A stretch of 64,000 nt of DNA from Beijerinckiaceae bacterium (GTDB lineage Bacteria; Pseudomonadota; Alphaproteobacteria; Rhizobiales; Beijerinckiaceae). A program made the position numbers and the translations under genes. Position 1 is the first letter of the stretch. Each line of letters starts with the position of its first letter. The stretch lies in NCBI GenBank assembly GCA_965277735.1, contig CBDIDO010000003.1:624250-688249 (forward strand), given 5' to 3'. Shown one piece after another: positions 63,690-64,000 of this stretch. A model generated the notes under the pieces. It was not told the DNA's origin. It did no database searches and saw nothing but the letters and a program-made list of their open reading frames with translations.

Positions 63690-64000
63690 ATGCGGTTCGA
63701 TCGCGACTACGATCTCTATGCCTTTCTCGGCCTTCCTGGCGCGACGCTCCCCTGGATCGCAGGATCCTGGAAGACGATCGCCGCGGCGCTCAATCCGCTC
63801 GTCCTTGCGGCGCGGGACCGAGCGGCGGTGCGAACGCTCCAGCTCGATCCAGGTCCCAAAGGGCGTCCGTTGTCGTTCGGGCGCATCGGCTGGAATAAGC
63901 GGGGTGCCGCGAAATGGGTTCATGCGACCGAGGGCGCGTTGCTCTCCGGATTCCCGGCACGGTTCAACCATTGCGAAGCCTGGGCGCCGAGCTGGTCGGC
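63690..64000 (+). CDS. 5' part of a CDS running off the window end; function unknown
   Basis: Own translation from the ATG at 63690 (MRFDRDYDLYAFLGLPGATLPWIAGSWKTIAAALNPLVL...) is open to base 64000 with GC-rich third positions. I prefer it over the Arg-rich antisense track ORF 63567..63971. Confidence 0.45.
   Translation, partial: MRFDRDYDLYAFLGLPGATLPWIAGSWKTIAAALNPLVLAARDRAAVRTLQLDPGPKGRPLSFGRIGWNKRGAAKWVHATEGALLSGFPARFNHCEAWAPSWS

Noticed and set aside
63567-63971. 134-aa minus-strand ORF upstream of the Hsp70-like gene
   Set aside because: It is Arg-rich and poorly protein-like. The plus-strand frame from the ATG at 63690 has better codon bias and a more plausible sequence, so I annotated that instead, at only moderate confidence.

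Overview
This window reads as a high-GC (roughly 68-70% by eye) alphaproteobacterial, Rhizobiales-like chromosomal segment. That assignment is inferred from gene content and order only: yejABEF; flgB-flgC-fliE-flgG-flgA-flgI-motE-flgH-fliL-fliP; DUF1285-CoA pyrophosphatase-small membrane protein-cca; hisD-UPF0262-LMW phosphatase; and palindromic intergenic repeats that translate as 'LLRFARNDG'. I support about 65 densely packed protein-coding genes on both strands. I recognised no rRNA, tRNA, CRISPR array, IS element, integrase or prophage. Most of the content is core metabolism and housekeeping (trpS, bioB, hisD, pyc, cca, aminotransferase, reductases), transport (YejABEF, a TetR-controlled EmrAB-OMF-type efflux system), a flagellar basal-body operon, a MoxR-DUF58-DUF4159 module, an ECF sigma/NrsF pair and a VapBC toxin-antitoxin pair. 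Seven items deserve a second look. (1) A small secreted Cys-rich peptide gene with three [SA]CKG motifs sits between flgI and motE in an otherwise canonical flagellar operon; it resembles bufferin-type RiPP precursors, but no maturation genes are in the window. (2) A stand-alone amino acid:[carrier protein] ligase (truncated SerRS homologue) is coupled to a TPP enzyme, with no carrier-protein gene nearby. (3) A 105-bp palindromic repeat is inserted in frame in a 980-aa membrane protein gene. (4) An ECF sigma/NrsF pair lies divergent from DUF1800-DUF1501, followed by a membrane-anchored three-domain c-type cytochrome. (5) A tandem pair of large methyltransferase paralogues is tightly coupled to a lone bioB. 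(6) Two 27-nt arrays of CGTCA triplets sit in a promoter/leader region. (7) A decayed, frameshifted gene remnant lies next to the flagellar cluster. All functional calls rest on motif and family recognition by eye; no database search was run.
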